Source of the DNA: Lepidodermella squamata
Lineage: Eukaryota; Animalia; Gastrotricha
Direction of reading: 5' to 3'
DNA: 64,000 nt
Assembly: GCA_047495785.1 (NCBI GenBank)
Contig: JBLDXI010000013.1
Coordinates: 3,472,001-3,536,000 of the forward strand
Shown here: piece by piece, positions 22,225 to 35,066 of the stretch
Numbering within the stretch: position 1 is the first letter of the stretch
Layout of the letters: each line of letters begins with the position of its first letter
Made by a program: the position numbers and the translations under genes
The notes under the pieces: generated by a model
What the model was told of the DNA's origin: nothing
Database searches by the model: none
Seen by the model: the letters and a program-made list of their open reading frames with translations, nothing else

Positions 22225-25200
22225 TCACCATGCAAGTTCTTTGTAGAAGAATGAAGTTGACCCGCTGCGCCACACCGCTAATTTTCTGATTTGATCGGCA
22301 GCCAGCAGTAGAATTGCAAATGGTATTGCCGGAACCCACCAGAAGCCTCTGATTGGCGCCATTCCGAAAGCATCATTCACCCCGGGGCAATAGCTTAGAA
22401 AGACTGCGACTCCCGTTTCAATCAGAATACCTACAATGAGTTTCCAATTCTTCCCTAAAAATGACAAGTTGAGATTTTCGAAAATGAGCTTAACAACAAT
22501 CTCACAGTCATGTTTCAAAACCGAAACTCGACGAGATTTACAGCATATCACGCAGAACCATTGCATTGTTATGATTGATAAGAAGTAGACTGAATTGAGG
22601 ACCTTCTCCAATTCTTTACGCTGCTGGTAAGTCCATTCTTGTCCATATGAATCTGTGAGATCGTTAACAGCTAAAACACAGCTTAAAGTTTCAAAAAGCT
22701 ATAATTTCAGCTGTTCAAGTACCTGATTGATCCCATTGGGATGTAAGTCGTGAGCTAAATACGTCCGAAGGCAGAAAGCCATTGTCAGCAAGGCAAACTA
22801 GGTAGGCTAAAAAGGCTCCTGCTACTTCAATGACTCCATTCTGACCATAAGCCACCGAAACAACCTTCCCGGTTACCAATCGATCTTTCTGAAAAAGAGC
22901 AGGTGGTTCAGAAGGGGCTATGACTTGCAGGAAGGCTATACCTTCAAACTTCGAGGTTTCCTTTTCATTATGTCGCTTTCAGCTCGTTCTGCGTGCAACA
23001 TCACAGCTGGGGCCATATCGGTAACCAAGCATACGACCAACATAGCCAGGGTACCCATCGGCTGTGGAACCCCGAGGACTACGAAAGCAATGGCGGCCGC
23101 AATTTCAGGAGGATTAGCCACCAGAATGTAACACAAAGTCTTAACCAAGTTATCGAACAAAAGTCGACCCTCTTCAATGGCATAGGCGATGGTTGCGAAG
23201 TTGTCGTCTAGTAGAATCATATCGGCGGCTTGTTTAGCGACATCAGCCCCGGATCGGCCCATCGCCACGCCGATGTCAGCTGTTTTCAGGGCCGGCGCGT
23301 CATTTACCCCATCTCCGGTGACAGCGACGATATTTCCCGCTCGTTGGAAAGCTTCGACTATCCTGAGTTTTTGCTGGGGTGATGTCCTCGCGAAGACGAT
23401 TTCCCAGTATCTTGACAACGAGTAATCCAACTCAACTGGAGACATTTCCCGGAGCTGATCGCCTGATATCACAAGAGCGTTGGGTTTTTCATTTGATCCA
23501 GCAAGTACATCGTCGGCAGTCTTCGAACTTTCAGTGAAAATGCCTACTTTCTTGGCTATCGCTTTTGCAGTGAAAGGATGGTCTCCAGTGACCATTGCTA
23601 TCCGTATTCGAGCCTCTCTGCATTTTCTCACGGCCTCAGGAACACCCGGTCTTGGTGGATCAATTAAAGAGATAAGGCCGAGAAACTTTAGCCCAGTTGT
23701 AGGGAAGTTACAAATGCCCTGAGTATGAAAGGCGTAAGTTACGGGGTATTGATCTGCTGGGAGAGCAAGCTCAGCGAAACCGAGAACCCTCTCGCCAAGC
23801 CCCCCGAGATGGCTGTAAGCTTCATTGACCCTCGCCTTGATCTCTCGAGTAATAGCCCAGTCTTTATCGTGCAATGAAATGGTTTCACACATCTCCATGA
23901 CCTTCTCCGGAGCCCCCTTAACAACAAGCAAGAAACCATTACCATCAGGGTTTTCATGAATTGATAACTGGAACCGATTAGTCGAATTGAACGGTATTTC
24001 AGCTCGCTTTGGCCATTTAGCTCGATAGCGTTCAACTGAACCAGTAACAAGTTCGCAGAATTTCAGCAAGGCTGATTCGGAACCATCTCCAAGGCATTCT
24101 CGCTCCATAACTGGTTTCGCTTCTTCGCCATATTTGAAAACAGCCCTCGAGCATAAAGTAGCAACTCGAATCAAGGCATCCCAGCTATCTTCTGATTTGT
24201 ACCTCAGAGCCATGTCAGCTTGAACAACTCTGTTACTCAGCCAAATGTTTGACACTGTCATTTTGTTTTGCGTCAAAGTGCCGGTTTTATCTGTGCAAAT
24301 CACTGAGGTTGAACCAAGAGCTTCAATCGCCTCAAGATGCTTAACCATAGCGTTTTGCTTAGCTAGTCGTTTAACAGCTATGGTTAAGCATAGGGTGAAT
24401 TCGATAATGACACCTTCTGGCACATTTCCGATCAAAATTCCGATAGCGAAAACGAAAGCTGCGATCCAGTTGCTTGTATCTCGGATGAGAATCACTGCCA
24501 GAAAGATTATTCCCATTGTAGCAGCGAAGCCGAAAATTACATAGACAAATCGTTGGATCTCCCGGGACAACGGCGAAGGTTTAGCCTCCATGCCTGTTGT
24601 TAGCCGGGCTAGCTTACCCATAAAAGTTTGACTGCCAGTGGCAGTGACAACCGCAGTAGCAGTGCCTTGAGAATGAAAATACTTCTGTCCGAAAACGAGT
24701 CGCAAGCAAAAGAATGGCATACCATCGATGATGAAAGTAGAGAAGAACACCATATTTTTGCTCTCAACGGGATTGTCGTGGGTACATTCGTGTGACAACG
24801 GTTTGGGCTCACTTTCGCCAGTTAAACAAGAATTGTCGACTCGCAGATTTGAACTCGCAAGAATGCGGCAATCGGCGGGTACTTTGTTACCGCCTGAGCT
24901 TTTTCAACAGTGAAAGGTGCATCTCAACGATTAAATGTTTGCTGCTTACTTTTCAGTTGGATCAAATCTCCTACGACCAGTTCCTCGACAGGTATAACTT
25001 TCCTTTGTCCCCCTCTAACCACGGTTGCGAATGTTGGAAGAAATCGATTGAAGGACTCGATTATTCGATTCGATTTAGCCTCTTTCAATTATAAAAAAGA
25101 GAGAGTTAAGGATGCTTGAATGGTAATGGATGAGGAAAGATTAACGAATAGGCTGATTGGGTAAAGACGTATGTTTCCTATTTTGCTCGCTAATTGACTC

Positions 25201-26504
25201 TCAGGTGTTGTTAAATTTCCACTCTCCCCTCTTGCACCAGTTTATTTGCCTCGGATCTCTGTTTTGATCATGCCACACGGTTCAACAGGCTAACACAAAT
25301 TACGGAACCTCTAAAATTATCTTGCACCTAGGAAAACTCGACGTCTGCTGACGGCTACTTTCCCAGGGAGCTTTTCCTGCGCAATCATATGATGCATTTC
25401 TATTTTGAGGTAATAATAATGTTGAGTAGGCAAAGTGAACTTAGACCTAATTATCCAGACGTTGAAGAGAGGGTCAAATCATATTGAACTCTTAATAATC
25501 CCTTATACTGGACTTGCTATCAAAACCCAGAAACAATGAGGGACATTAATTATTGTAGGCTAGTTTAGAGGTTAAACAGTACGTCCTACTTGGTCAAGCA
25601 ACGATTGATATCGACCTTGCTGTCGACTTTTTTGGAATTTTGCTACGTAACCATGATCACGATGCTTAGGAATAGAGTAAATCAGAACTCAGAGCCATTG
25701 GGAAAACCATCATTGAACTACGTAAGTCAGTCTCCAACGTCACAGGAATCTATCTTTGCTCAACGTGGAAAAGTTTGAAAGGTCATCAATGCGCCCTAAA
25801 ATTGCGTAAACATTCACTGCGGTAAGGATATTATGAGATAAAAGGCTACAAACTTATAAGTTACCTTGAGCATAGGAAAATGCAGATGTTATGAGAACTA
25901 CGCCAGCCAGGACGCATCCAAGATAGAGATTGTCGTTAGGAACAACGTTGCTCTGAGAATTTTGCAAGCCATACGCCGCAAAGCACAGGATTGAACCAAC
26001 CCAAAGCATCAAACAGAATCCACTGAACAGATGCCGCGAGTACTTCAACCATTCAGGTGCGGAAGGTGGCGGTCGGATGCGGTTCAAGCCGTTCGCATAG
26101 AGTCGCTCCTGAACTTCCGCTTCAATGAGCCCTCTGCTAACATTCGTCCCAAGTCTAGCGATCAAACTCGGTACTGATATCTTATGAATATCGCCCATTG
26201 TCTCTTGTTTCAGAGCTTCCACCTCAGCCGTTTTGCGGTTGCGCGTTAGCAAAGAACCAAAGAAGCCTTCGAGGAACCGTCGCCATAAGTGGCGTTTAAC
26301 ATGCCGCGGCGTGATCACGGAGTTTTGCCTACTCAGGATTTTAGCTCGTGCTTTATTAGCCTTGGGCCTCAAGCCTGCGAACGGATAGATTGTCTGGTGC
26401 ATCGATTCTCCCGGCGGGTGGATAACGATACCATGATCCTCGCTGTTCCGCGCCTGAAGCGCATTCGTCGATACTCGAATGTCGGGAACAGCGTTGTTGA
26501 TCAT
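22225..26504 (-). CDS. P-type IIC (Na+/K+-ATPase alpha-like) ATPase, divergent, 7 exons
   Basis: NDNLYLG, DNSCLTGESEP, NVPEG, ICTDKTGTLTQNKMTV, KGAPE, DPPRPGVPEAV, MVTGDHP, FARTSPQQKL, TGDGVNDAPALK, DSYGQEWTY, FLSYCPG. GT-AG introns can be placed at each gap; two short ones are in frame and read through in the ORF track. Confidence 0.95.
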
Positions 26505-28001
26505 TTTTCTATATTTTGAAGAATTTCCAACTACGTATGTGAGTTCAAAAAATGCGCAATGTTTATATAGCCCAGCCTACTTTCTGCGCAATTGTGGGGA
26601 TGCGTACATTTCGAGATTGCTTTCAAGGTGTTGAATTTGAAACCACTCGTCGTCGATTTTGACCCGCATCGCCACGTGCGCATGATGTTTTGCTTAACTT
26701 TTGCTGAAAATACACTGTATTTTCATCTTTTCCACACGATGCCTTCTTCCGAGTTGACGAGTGCAAAATGATGCCGATGCCTCTTTTCACGCCAGCAACG
26801 TGAATATATTTATGAAACTTGAGCAATGATTTTCGTTAAATCCATTTTTTGGTGCCTTTTCTAGCTGTTTCAGACACTATAACCTGGGCAATAGCTAAAG
26901 GCCAAAGAAATGGCCTGTTTGATTTTCCAAAAGCTAATCAAACTATAACATCGGAATCTTGAAATAATCCAAGCTCGAAACTCGCAAATCGAAATCGAAA
27001 TCCGTCACACGTTTAAATTCTAATACAAAATGTCACTTTCATTTTTGCGGGTTCGGGGTGCATTAGCAATAGCCGCCGTTGGAGCAGGAAAAACAAAACA
27101 GAACGGTTCCGATGACCATTATACGAATGTAACAGCATATGTATAGCAATAGTATGACATCGCCCAGGGTGTCCTAACAGAGAATCCAAATCGGACCGGT
27201 TTTGATTCGTGTGACTGTTGGGGGCCCTTATAGCCCTTATGGGATGATTGCGCCAGGTGAAACCGTTAGACACCCCGGGGTCCCAGAAATACGATAAAAT
27301 ATGCCAAGGGTAATATTTAATATTTTGAGCCGAATTTGGGACGACACAGCGCCCCAGCAGAAAAACCAAAACCAAATCGGACCAAGTTTGATTCGTGTGA
27401 CAGCTCTGTGAGGGGGTCAGCAGGTAAAAACGATGTTTTGAGCGTCTTGGTGGCGCTTAGACGTCGTACGAGTTGGGCGGTGAATCCAGCTATCCACCAA
27501 GAATAATGAAACCGAGAACCATTAAGCGGTTACCTTAGCGCGCGCGCTGATTAGTCGATCGGTCATAACCATAGATAAACCTATAAACCTTTATCTATGG
27601 TCATAACTATGGCTGCGGCATGAGACATTTTGGCCGTACAGTCCACTAATAAATTAATTAATGAAAATGATCTTGCCGCTCCAGTGGCATGGTTTCAAAT
27701 GACTACGGCAGTAAACCCCAGTATAGTCGCTCTTGGTCAACTACTCTCGTCAACTTGGCAAAAAGTGGTTCCATGAATCTCTCGCGGTACATCTCAGTTT
27801 CGCTGCTTCATTAAAAGCGCCCAAACCACAAACGGCACCTGCTGAGGTCTTTTTGAAAAGATTAAGGAAGAACGTTAGGCAATATTTTTTATTCTTGTGC
27901 TCAAAACGAATGTGGGACACTATCAGGGTTGTGTTACACAATGTTTTCGAAACTCAACTTTTAGGTTTGTCAAATTGTCAATACTTATTCGCGGCGTTTT
28001 T

Positions 28002-30397
28002 TCAAGCCGGTGATGCTCTGAACGGTGAGGCTCTGAACTTCGAGGTAGTATCGATTCGCTCCAATTTGAAGTTGGAGATGGAATCGACTCGCCCCATTCC
28101 TAAGTTAGCCTTCGCCACGGCACCAAACATGAACACGCTAGTCGTCCCTGAGGAAATTAATGAGAAAGCGGAGGCGGCTATGTAACGATTCGTAGTCGAA
28201 CTGATAATGCCAATTATCATGAGTGACGCAACAAATATTGCCGTGGCATTAATTATCGCAAAATTGAGCCACTTAAACTCTGCGTCATTTTTCAGTAATG
28301 GATACCTCCTCCTTAGAACGTACATTAGAAAAACTGATGGTACCAGCGGCAAAATCAGGAAAGCAGCTAGAATGAGAAGCCACGTGGAAGAATTACTTGA
28401 GTAGCAAACGTTAACCAGGGTTGTGTAATAAGCATCTTCCTCGCGATCGTATACCGCAGATGAAGTCATATTGACCAACAAATGCTTCATCGGATCCAAG
28501 CAGAACCAAATTAGCAACGTAATAGCCACGGGGACAACAGGTAGGGAACATCGACCGAATGTGGCTAGACCAAATTTTGCGGCATGGTCGAAAGATTTGT
28601 CACTATTAGGCTTTAAGGCGCGGATATAGAGTAGTTGGTTCAATAATGAAGAATTAACGAAAGCAAGACCGATAGCAGTCAAAACGTGGGAAATGTAACA
28701 CGCCGCCGTTGAAAATGGGCTAGTTTCAATTGCGAAGAAAATCGCAGCGACATTAAGAAGGATGCACCCTAATAGCGTGAAATACTTCATGGGAGTCCAA
28801 ACTGAACTTTTCTTGAAAATGATCGCCGGAATACCCATCACGATTTCGACAACCGTCAACAAAATAGCAATCGTGATGACAGCTATGAAGTTTTCTCTTG
28901 GAACGTCATCGATCAAAACAATTCTTGGAACCGTATCGTTGGGAGGCTTCCCATCTGCAGTTCGCCATAGAGAGATCTCCTTCAATTTGTCAACGACATA
29001 GTCTTTCCCATTCTCAACATCACCTCCGACTCGACAGTGGATGTCGTAGATCAGTTGGAGGGATGACGTCTCCTGAGACCAGACTGATACATATTGCGGC
29101 TCATTGTCTAGTTCCAACCGGGATGAATATTTGGTATAACCAACTCTCAGACCAATATATTCAACCTTCCCAGCTGTTGCATTGGCGATCTTCATAACCT
29201 GCTCAGGCTTCTTTCCGAAGTCTCTCAGAGTCATGTTGTATTTGGCCAGATTGTTCTCAGTATCATGCAAGGTTACCACAGTTTGTAGCATGGCGTCGTA
29301 GCACTGATGTCGTCGGTGGAAGTCCGCATAGACTCTGTTTTCGGTGTAATTCGCGATCATTTGGTCCAACGAATCGACTGTGTGACCTAGTGTCGAGGTG
29401 ACGTTGCTTTCGATGGCGAACGACAGACCACCAAGCCAAAATGTGTACTTCAACTGCTCAAGAAGTACGGATTTCGGACATCCGGGTATTACCGGGTCTG
29501 GCAGTTTCGTCGGATCATTGAATGAAGATACCATGGCTAAAAACGCGTATCTTGGCCCTGTCATCCCAAGACCATAAGAGTAACACAGGAACTGAATGAT
29601 GTTGTCAGCTCCGTTGACGAAAACAGCTACAACTCTTGCATCGCTGTTACTCAGTGGCTCTAGAGCTTCGTTGGAGAACTTTTGAATCATGTCGTAGTAC
29701 ACAGCCGTGATGCCGAATTGACGAAGTTGGCTTTGAAAGTAGTTGACCATCGAATAATCCAGGAGACTGACAGTTGAGACAATCCCTATTCTCCGCCATT
29801 TACCAACATCTCGAATGAAGTTCAAATACGAAAAGCCGACCAGTTCACCCGGCAACCGGGTTCGGTATAAGTTACTGTACAGCCTTCTGTTGCCTGTGAA
29901 GAAATCAGAGGAGCATCCGTAACTTATCCCGACCATGTTTGTCTCATCGATAGCCGAAGCATAACCCTTACAACCTATAAAAGAGAATTATTATCGACTC
30001 TGTTAGTTAGGATCCGAAAGCTGTTACCTGTGCTCGTCCTTGGAGCAACCGTAACAACACTCTGATACACCGGCTTTGTAGCATTCGGCTGAAATAATGC
30101 GCCACTTTCGAACTTTTGCGAGTATGCAAAAAGTCGTCGAACAGCCATAACGCCATCATTTCGATCTTCATCCTGAAAATCGAGGGCAATTCTGTAGTTG
30201 GGCAGGATGTCTCTTCTTGAATTGACCGTATCTGCTACGATTTGCACCGCCGTTCGACAAATCATCGCATCACCGGGTTTCGACTCCATGAATGGAATCT
30301 GAACCAAGACTAGCAACGTGTCATCTTTACTTGCAGCACTTTGCTGTGCTAGCAAGGTGAACATCGAAAATACCAGCTTGATCGTCGAACTCATCAT
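28002..30397 (-). CDS. GABA-B-like class C GPCR, paralog 4; 2 exons
   Basis: ORFs 29975-30412 and 28002-29936 joined by GT-AG intron 29975-30027; collinear with paralogs 1 and 3, with a different C-tail ending FRASPFRASPA. Confidence 0.88.
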
Positions 30398-31286
30398 TTT
30401 TGGTTTTATCAATTAGGAAAAGGGATAATGAGATGAATGGCAGAGATTGCGGCAATTTCCCCTCAATTTATATGTCGGTTGAAAGTGAGTGGGCTTCTAC
30501 CTTACAGCCAATTAAAAATCACATGGCTCGTAGTCAAATCAACGGCGTGTTCTTGGAGGCGTCCTGAAACTCTCAAATTTCTAGTAAATTCCCAAAAGCG
30601 TGAGCTCATTAGCCTAAAAATCATAATTCTATCATAATTGACACGCGATAAATGTCTCCGTGATATCATTCGATGACGTCTGATATCGTCAACCATCGAA
30701 CACGTGATGTTTGGTATCTAAAATTAAAGCTATAAACATCAAATTTGTCATCAACAATCAGCTTAAGTGGATGCTTTAACCCTGTATTAAATTTGAGAGA
30801 ATCCATGCCTGATGTGTGCAGAATTACGGACTTCTCTTCAAAAATGTGAGTTTGTTCGTTAGGGTGAACTCATAATTTTATAAGCTTCATAGCAATTTCG
30901 TTGCTTCATTTCATCCAATAAGTGTGTCCTGTTTGTCAAGGACGTTGAGTTATGCAGTTTTTAAGACAATAATCTTATACCTGAGCTGATTAGCTATGCT
31001 GTTCCGAAACAGATGGACCGTCTTTCATCTGGGCAACTCAGATTTGGCGAGAAATAGCCATAAGTCACGACATGGTGACAGTTATATAGTCAATTTCATA
31101 GCTCATAAACGCGTGACTGTAGGAGGTGCAGCATTCGACAAAAATCCCAGGGATTTTTTTAATGAATTTTATTTCGTTTTTCTGGAGGTTCGCAACAATC
31201 ATTTTGAATCAAAATTGCAATCAGACTCCATCAATCTTTGAAATTAAAAAAACAGTCAATTTTTTTCCGTTTCATGCACCATCATA

Positions 31287-31995
31287 TCAATATCCGCCTT
31301 CGGGACAGAAAATGCAGCACAGCAAGGTTCCAACGGCCATAGTTAGCACTCGAGCGCCGTAGTAGACAGCCGTGATGATGGCCATAATGTTGGCACAGCC
31401 GTAGTTATTCACACAGCCAGCGCCTGGGAGTCGAATCGAGTCTTTCGCTGACAGCAGGGCGATTATAAGCATGGCGAACCCGACTACCGATCCAACAATC
31501 GAAGTCACCGTTGCAACAAACTTCGCTGTGGAAAAAAAACAAAATTCAAGAGTAATGCTCAAAAAAATAATTAAAAATATTTTGAAAATTGAAAATTTTA
31601 AAGGGTGGAAAATTAAATTTTCAATTTTTTAAATTTAAATTTAATTTAAATTTATTATTTTCTATTAACTGAATTAAAATTGCAAATTGAAAAAATCAAA
31701 AATTAAGTTTATCAATTTTCGAAGATGTTTTCGAACCTGTCGCTGTGGAGAAAAGACCGCGATCTGAACGGCAGCACACGCAAAACATGACAGCCATGGC
31801 GATTTCGATGAGAGACAGCCCAATGACGATTCCGAAAGCGTGTAAAAACGCAACTCGATCACCGCGATACTTGTCATACTCGACTATGAGCAGTAGACCG
31901 GCCGTTGCGAAGGCTAACGGCGCCAGCGTGGCACTCAAGTCTGAAACTTGTCGCACGACTGACCGCTTACCGGCTCGACCAGTTTGAAAGTCCAT
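31287..31995 (-). CDS. Small four-TM membrane protein, paralog A; 2 exons
   Basis: Phase-1 intron 31526-31736 joins ORFs 31696-31995 and 31287-31562; KYRGD after TM1, GCVNNYGCAN before TM4. Confidence 0.8.
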
Positions 31996-32242
31996 GGTTA
32001 ATAGTTATTTTGAGGTGAGAAATCAAGGAAGAAAATCGCTTATAAGAATGAATGGTTAATGCTGTTTGAAAAATCTGATTGCTTTTGAAATCAAGGAAAC
32101 TGAATCATAAATATCAGTTTTACGTAACACACAGTGCACGTCAATCAAAACTACGTAACAATGGTGTAACAAAACCTCATGTTTATTGAGTCATCGAATG
32201 TTTGAAAAAAAATAATAGAGATTTTTAGCGGTGGTTTTCATC

Positions 32243-32961
32243 CTAACTTCCTCGCCAGCACATGATAAAGCACCACCAGACGCTGGCTAAGCGGCCACAT
32301 GAATAAACAGCGATGACGATGCCAAGCAAATTGGCACAGCCGAAATTATCGACACAGCCTGGTTCGACTGGTTTTGTTACGGATTCTGCGCTAGTGATGA
32401 TAGATTCATCGCTGATAAAATCTATAGGTAGGCTGTTGTAGTAAAAGGTCAGGCCGAGAAGTAGTAGGGCCGAAATTGAGCTCATTGTAGTTGTGATCAC
32501 AGTTGCCATTTTAACTAAAAAATAATAGTTTTTAATTTTGAGATTTTCCAAAAACATATTTTAAGAAATAATTCAAAAATGTATTTCTAGAATATTTAAA
32601 AAAATCCAGATTTAATTTTTGAAAAAATGATTTTTCCAAATTTATTTGAAAATCTGAGATACTTACCTCTGATCATCGGTTTTCGGCCGATATGTTGCTC
32701 GCTGTTATTTGTGAAAAAGCAGTTGATGCATATCACAAAGGGTAGAATAATGTCGAGTACAGTGATCAGGGCCGAAATAGTGCCGAAAGCAGTGAGCCAT
32801 GACGCCTCACTGTGGCCTCGATATTTCCCCGCCAGGGTAAATCCGAGGCCGACGATGGAGAATAGGAAAGTTGTGCCAGCACTGAGTAAATGAACACCGA
32901 GAAAATGAAACGCCGTTAGGGTATACCGATTGTCAAGTCCATCAAAATCTATCTGCTCCAT
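32243..32961 (-). CDS. Small four-TM membrane protein, paralog B; 2 exons
   Basis: Phase-1 intron 32515-32666; KYRGH and GCVDNFGCAN motifs. Confidence 0.8.
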
Positions 32962-33523
32962 TTAATATAGGTCAATTGAACTAAAAAAAACATTTCAAAT
33001 GGAAATAGGACTGATTTTTCGAAAATTCTGCTTTCTATGCCTATAAAAGTATTTTACTAGAGCTAAATTAGTTGACCGATGAAGCGGCCGTATATGGATT
33101 TTTTGATGTGCGTAACTTGTAAGTGCTAATATTAGCCGCTATATTGTAATCAATAAAACGAAAAACTGACCGTAGTGCAATATATTGAATAGTTTTTTCG
33201 CGCATTTTTAAACGCACGCTATCCACACCGCCGTCACTCGTCACCCTGCTCGCGATCCCTTTACTAAAGTTGCATTCATATTTCCCCACAGGTGTATTTT
33301 CACGTGTATTTGCTGGCATCGGTTCATATCATCAAGAGATTCGTAATATAGGATCGAGAATAGCGTTTTTATTTTTTTTCATCGTAGCTTGTTTACCTGA
33401 AAATTTGCACGCATAAAGTGCATAATAATTTTTCCTCGTAATTTCACGCTTTTATATATATATATAATTAAAATTATTGTTCAGTATTTTTTAGGCAGTG
33501 ATGGATCGCAATTTTCAACGACA

Positions 33524-35066
33524 TTATCTTTGGCCGAAGTACATGAGGCAGAAAACTGACGACATTCCAGCCACCATAATCGACCGAATCGAGTAGAGGG
33601 CCATGGTGCCTAGAGTTGCGATGTTGGCGCAGCCGAAGCCGTGGAAACACCCTGCCGCATCGGAATATTCCATTTCACTACTACTGCGAAGGGCTATGAT
33701 CAGCAGGACGAAGCCGATTATTGAACCGAGGGCGTAGACAACAGTTGCCAGCATCAACACTAGAAATAAAGATTTACAAGAAAGAATAATTAAGATTCGA
33801 AAATGCATAAAAAAGGTACTCAAATTACCTCGAAACAGGAAAACTACGGAAAATATGGAGTCCCATTTTTGTTTTTTCCAAGTTTAAGAGCAAACCAGTA
33901 GGCTTTGGCAAGGATTGGAAGATGAATCATCAGATAATGCCTAGTCAATTTTGGTAGAATTTATAGCATTTTTGAGGGGCATTTCATACCGTCATCGTTT
34001 CGATACCGTAACGAAGGGTTACTTTTGACAAAAATATTTCAGTATAGAAAATCGCACATTTTCCGGCCCGCCGGCGTTTCCTCCGCGCGCGCGCTCCCAT
34101 TGGTTGGCTCGTTTTCCGCGTAAATACGCCTCGCTCGCATTTATTGCGCAACAAATAATTGCGCGCGCAGGAAAATGGAAAATGGAAAATCAGAAAATTT
34201 GGGTCGAAATTTGATCAGTTCTATATGGCCCGAGTAGCTCAAATCAAGAAAAACATTCTAATATGCTTTTTCGAAATTTAATGATTTTTCTCTGATTCTC
34301 TGGGAATTTTCCGAATTTCTTATGGGAGTCAAAAACTCAGACTCGGTAGAGGAATTCCTCAGAATCTTTTGTTGCACATGGGACGCAACCTAGCTTAGTC
34401 GGAAAAACGCATGATCAGGGTCTGAGTCGAAAATTAATGTGAAAAAGAGCCTTAATAAGGGGCTGTGAAATTCTCAAAAAATCACGGAAAATTCGTCCAA
34501 TTGTTTTACAAAAGGAATGTTTATCTTGGTTTCATTTGTCACCTATTTAGAACCGTCATTTTTTCTTTGAAACATCTAAAAATGATGGAAATCATACCTA
34601 GAGTAGCTTTTTGCACATCTTTTTGCGAGAAGCTACTGGCATTAATCGTCGGTTTAATGCAAAAGTGAAACACCAGGTATAGCGAGATTTCAGTGATCGA
34701 TATCGTAATAACAGCAGTAAGCGCCGTTGCAAAGGCCGTGTAGTCACCCCGATAGAGGCCCTCTCTCAACAAGACAATCGCGATCAGCGAGAAAAAGAGA
34801 GCCAACGAAGCTGAAGCAATGTCGCGCATGTTGAATTTGCCGCTCGAGCCGTGTTGGCCAGGGCCGCCCATCATCATCATGCCGCCCGGGTTTGGCATCA
34901 TGCCAGGCGGCGGCATCATCATTCCGCCGTTCATTGGACCGTGACCGTGGCCGTGGCACGGCTGCCCGCCGTGGCTGTGGCCGTGCTGCATATTTCCACC
35001 GAATTTAGCCGCTTGTTCCTGTAACACTCGCAGCGACTCAGGATCCATTGCCGCCATGTTATACAT
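33524..35066 (-). CDS. Small four-TM membrane protein, paralog C, with His/Met/Gly/Pro-rich N-terminus; 2 exons
   Basis: Phase-1 intron 33760-34597; LYRGD and GCFHGFGCAN motifs; N-terminal HGHSHGGQPCHGHGH and MMMPPPGMMPNPGGMMMM. Confidence 0.8.

Noticed and set aside
24668-24722. Unique peptide insertions in the ATPase (MPFFCLRLVFGQKYFHSQ; also ~22455-22506)
   Set aside because: Both are in-frame GT-AG introns; removing them restores the canonical alignment.
27568-27601. Hairpin ACCATAGATAAA...TTTATCTATGGT as an ncRNA or terminator
   Set aside because: Too short to support a call; most likely a collapsed MITE remnant.
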